From positions 10,136,101 through 10,200,100 of the forward strand of contig CAVNZM010000003.1 in the NCBI GenBank assembly GCA_963693365.1: a stretch of DNA of 64,000 nt, given 5' to 3'. Shown here piece after piece: positions 62,946 through 64,000 of the stretch (the stretch's first letter is position 1; every line of letters starts with the position of its first letter). The position numbers were made by a program, and so were the translations under genes. The stretch comes from Amoebidium appalachense. Lineage: Eukaryota > Protista > Ichthyosporea. The notes beneath the pieces are model-generated. The model did no database searches, had not been told where the DNA came from, and saw nothing but the letters and a program-made list of their open reading frames with translations.

Positions 62946-63705
62946 ATGGTAGTAGGCAACTCAGTTGTGAGAATGATTGTCGACCTTGCACGTATATATT
63001 TTACCACCTGCTGTGCCATCATGTGTGTTGCACTCGTGGTGGCGTCCTACGGCACAGCCGTACTCATACCGGAACTTGCCAAACGTAATGTTTTGGCTCA
63101 TCATCCTACCCCTCACAGGTGTGGTCATGTGCCAGGCACAATGGGTGGCGTATGCCTGGCTCGACGTGGACACCCACCCTGACGTGGCCGGGCACTGTGT
63201 GATGTGGGCACCCTACTGGCTGGGCTCGTGGCTGTATGTGGCCTCCCCCCTCGCCTACATGCTGGCAGCAGCGTGCTGGGCCCGATCCATGCGTGTGACG
63301 ACCACGTTGTTCTTCCCACGGGCCGTGGCGTACATGGTGTGTGCCTCCCTCCTCCCCCTAAGTGCCCTCTATGGCATGACGTGCGTGTTTGAACCGTCGG
63401 TGTTTGGCTACGTGTTTCTTGTGTTGAGGGGCGTGCTGGCGTGTGCCACCCTCGTCTGTGCACGGTACATGCTCTCCCTGTCCGTGCCCGTGCTCACCAG
63501 GAACATTGTGCTGTGCGTGTGGGTGCATGCAGGCCTTGCACTGGCAGGCATTGTGTTTGACGAGCTCCACTGGAACTTGTGGGAGTTTGGGTTTTTGGAG
63601 AACGGGTTTCTGACCACGTTGGGATACACACTGCTCGCCTGCTGCCTGCTTGCCCTCTGGTACCTCATACTCTACTGCATGGACGTGCTGGGCCCCTACA
63701 CGTAG
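62946..63705 (+). CDS. Seven-transmembrane (GPCR-like) membrane protein, ~250 aa; one frameshift near 63065-63085
   Basis: ORF 62946..63182 supplies TM1 and ORF 62977..63705 supplies six further hydrophobic segments. Confidence 0.6.
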
Positions 63706-63707
63706 TT

Positions 63708-64000
63708 TTAGGGCATGGTCCATTTTGGCCCGTTGTCCCAGTCGCCCACATCCACGACGTTGTGGTCGGTTCCGTACTTACCCTGGTTGTTCTTCCAGGC
63801 CTCGAGCTCGGCGGCGTAGTTGTCGTAGTCGGTGGCGGCCCGGCGTGCCTTCCTCTTGCCCATCTTGCCAATGCCCGTGCCTAGCTTACCTCCGTACCTC
63901 TGTGCGAGTTTGCATGCCCCCTTGCCCACGGCAGACACGGCATCACCGACCACAGGTATGACCCCCATCAAGTCCATCACACTCTCCACAATGTCCAACG
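63708..64000 (-). CDS. C-terminus of a protein with an amphipathic GVIPVVGDAVSAVGKG motif (5' truncated by the window)
   Basis: Frame is open to the window edge; stop lies 2 nt from the convergent 7TM stop. Confidence 0.55.
   Translation of the reverse strand, partial: LDIVESVMDLMGVIPVVGDAVSAVGKGACKLAQRYGGKLGTGIGKMGKRKARRAATDYDNYAAELEAWKNNQGKYGTDHNVVDVGDWDNGPKWTMP

Larger units (their letters stand above)
54993..64000. mobile_element. Endogenous Polinton/Maverick/adintovirus-like DNA virus, left part; continues beyond the window
   Basis: Abrupt switch to tightly packed, intronless, GC-richer ORFs with accATG starts; Polinton-type rve integrase, phage-type MTase, terminal hairpin. Capsid, pPolB and packaging ATPase are not within the window. 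Confidence 0.7.

Noticed and set aside
62977-63705. Viral rhodopsin
   Set aside because: No retinal-binding Lys in the last helix.

Overview
Eukaryotic genomic DNA with spliceosomal GT-AG introns packed with poly-G/poly-C, (CA)n and (GA)n tracts; most ORF-track entries are microsatellite artefacts. Left to right: (1) 5' part of a minus-strand spliced gene with a bacterial-type family-1 solute-binding domain (runs off the left edge); (2) a ~4-kb near-perfect palindrome; (3) a ~20-kb, ~20-exon minus-strand GH31 alpha-glucosidase with a C-terminal TM and GYxxPhi tail; (4) possible exons of an unidentified plus-strand gene; (5) an 8.67-kb non-autonomous TIR DNA transposon (CMC/EnSpm-like) carrying a ~183-bp satellite with trimeric higher-order structure; (6) a full-length Ty1/Copia element with apparently identical 765-bp LTRs inserted in a poly-G run; (7) a frameshifted triple-AP2-domain gene; (8) from ~55.0 kb to the right edge, a compact intronless Polinton/adintovirus-like endogenous element. 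This last element starts with a T-shaped hairpin plus GATATG iterations and encodes a putative SSB, a phage Dam-type N6-adenine MTase, a Polinton-type rve integrase, virion-like proteins and an unexpected 7-TM GPCR-like protein. All calls are by eye; no database search was run and host identity is not established.
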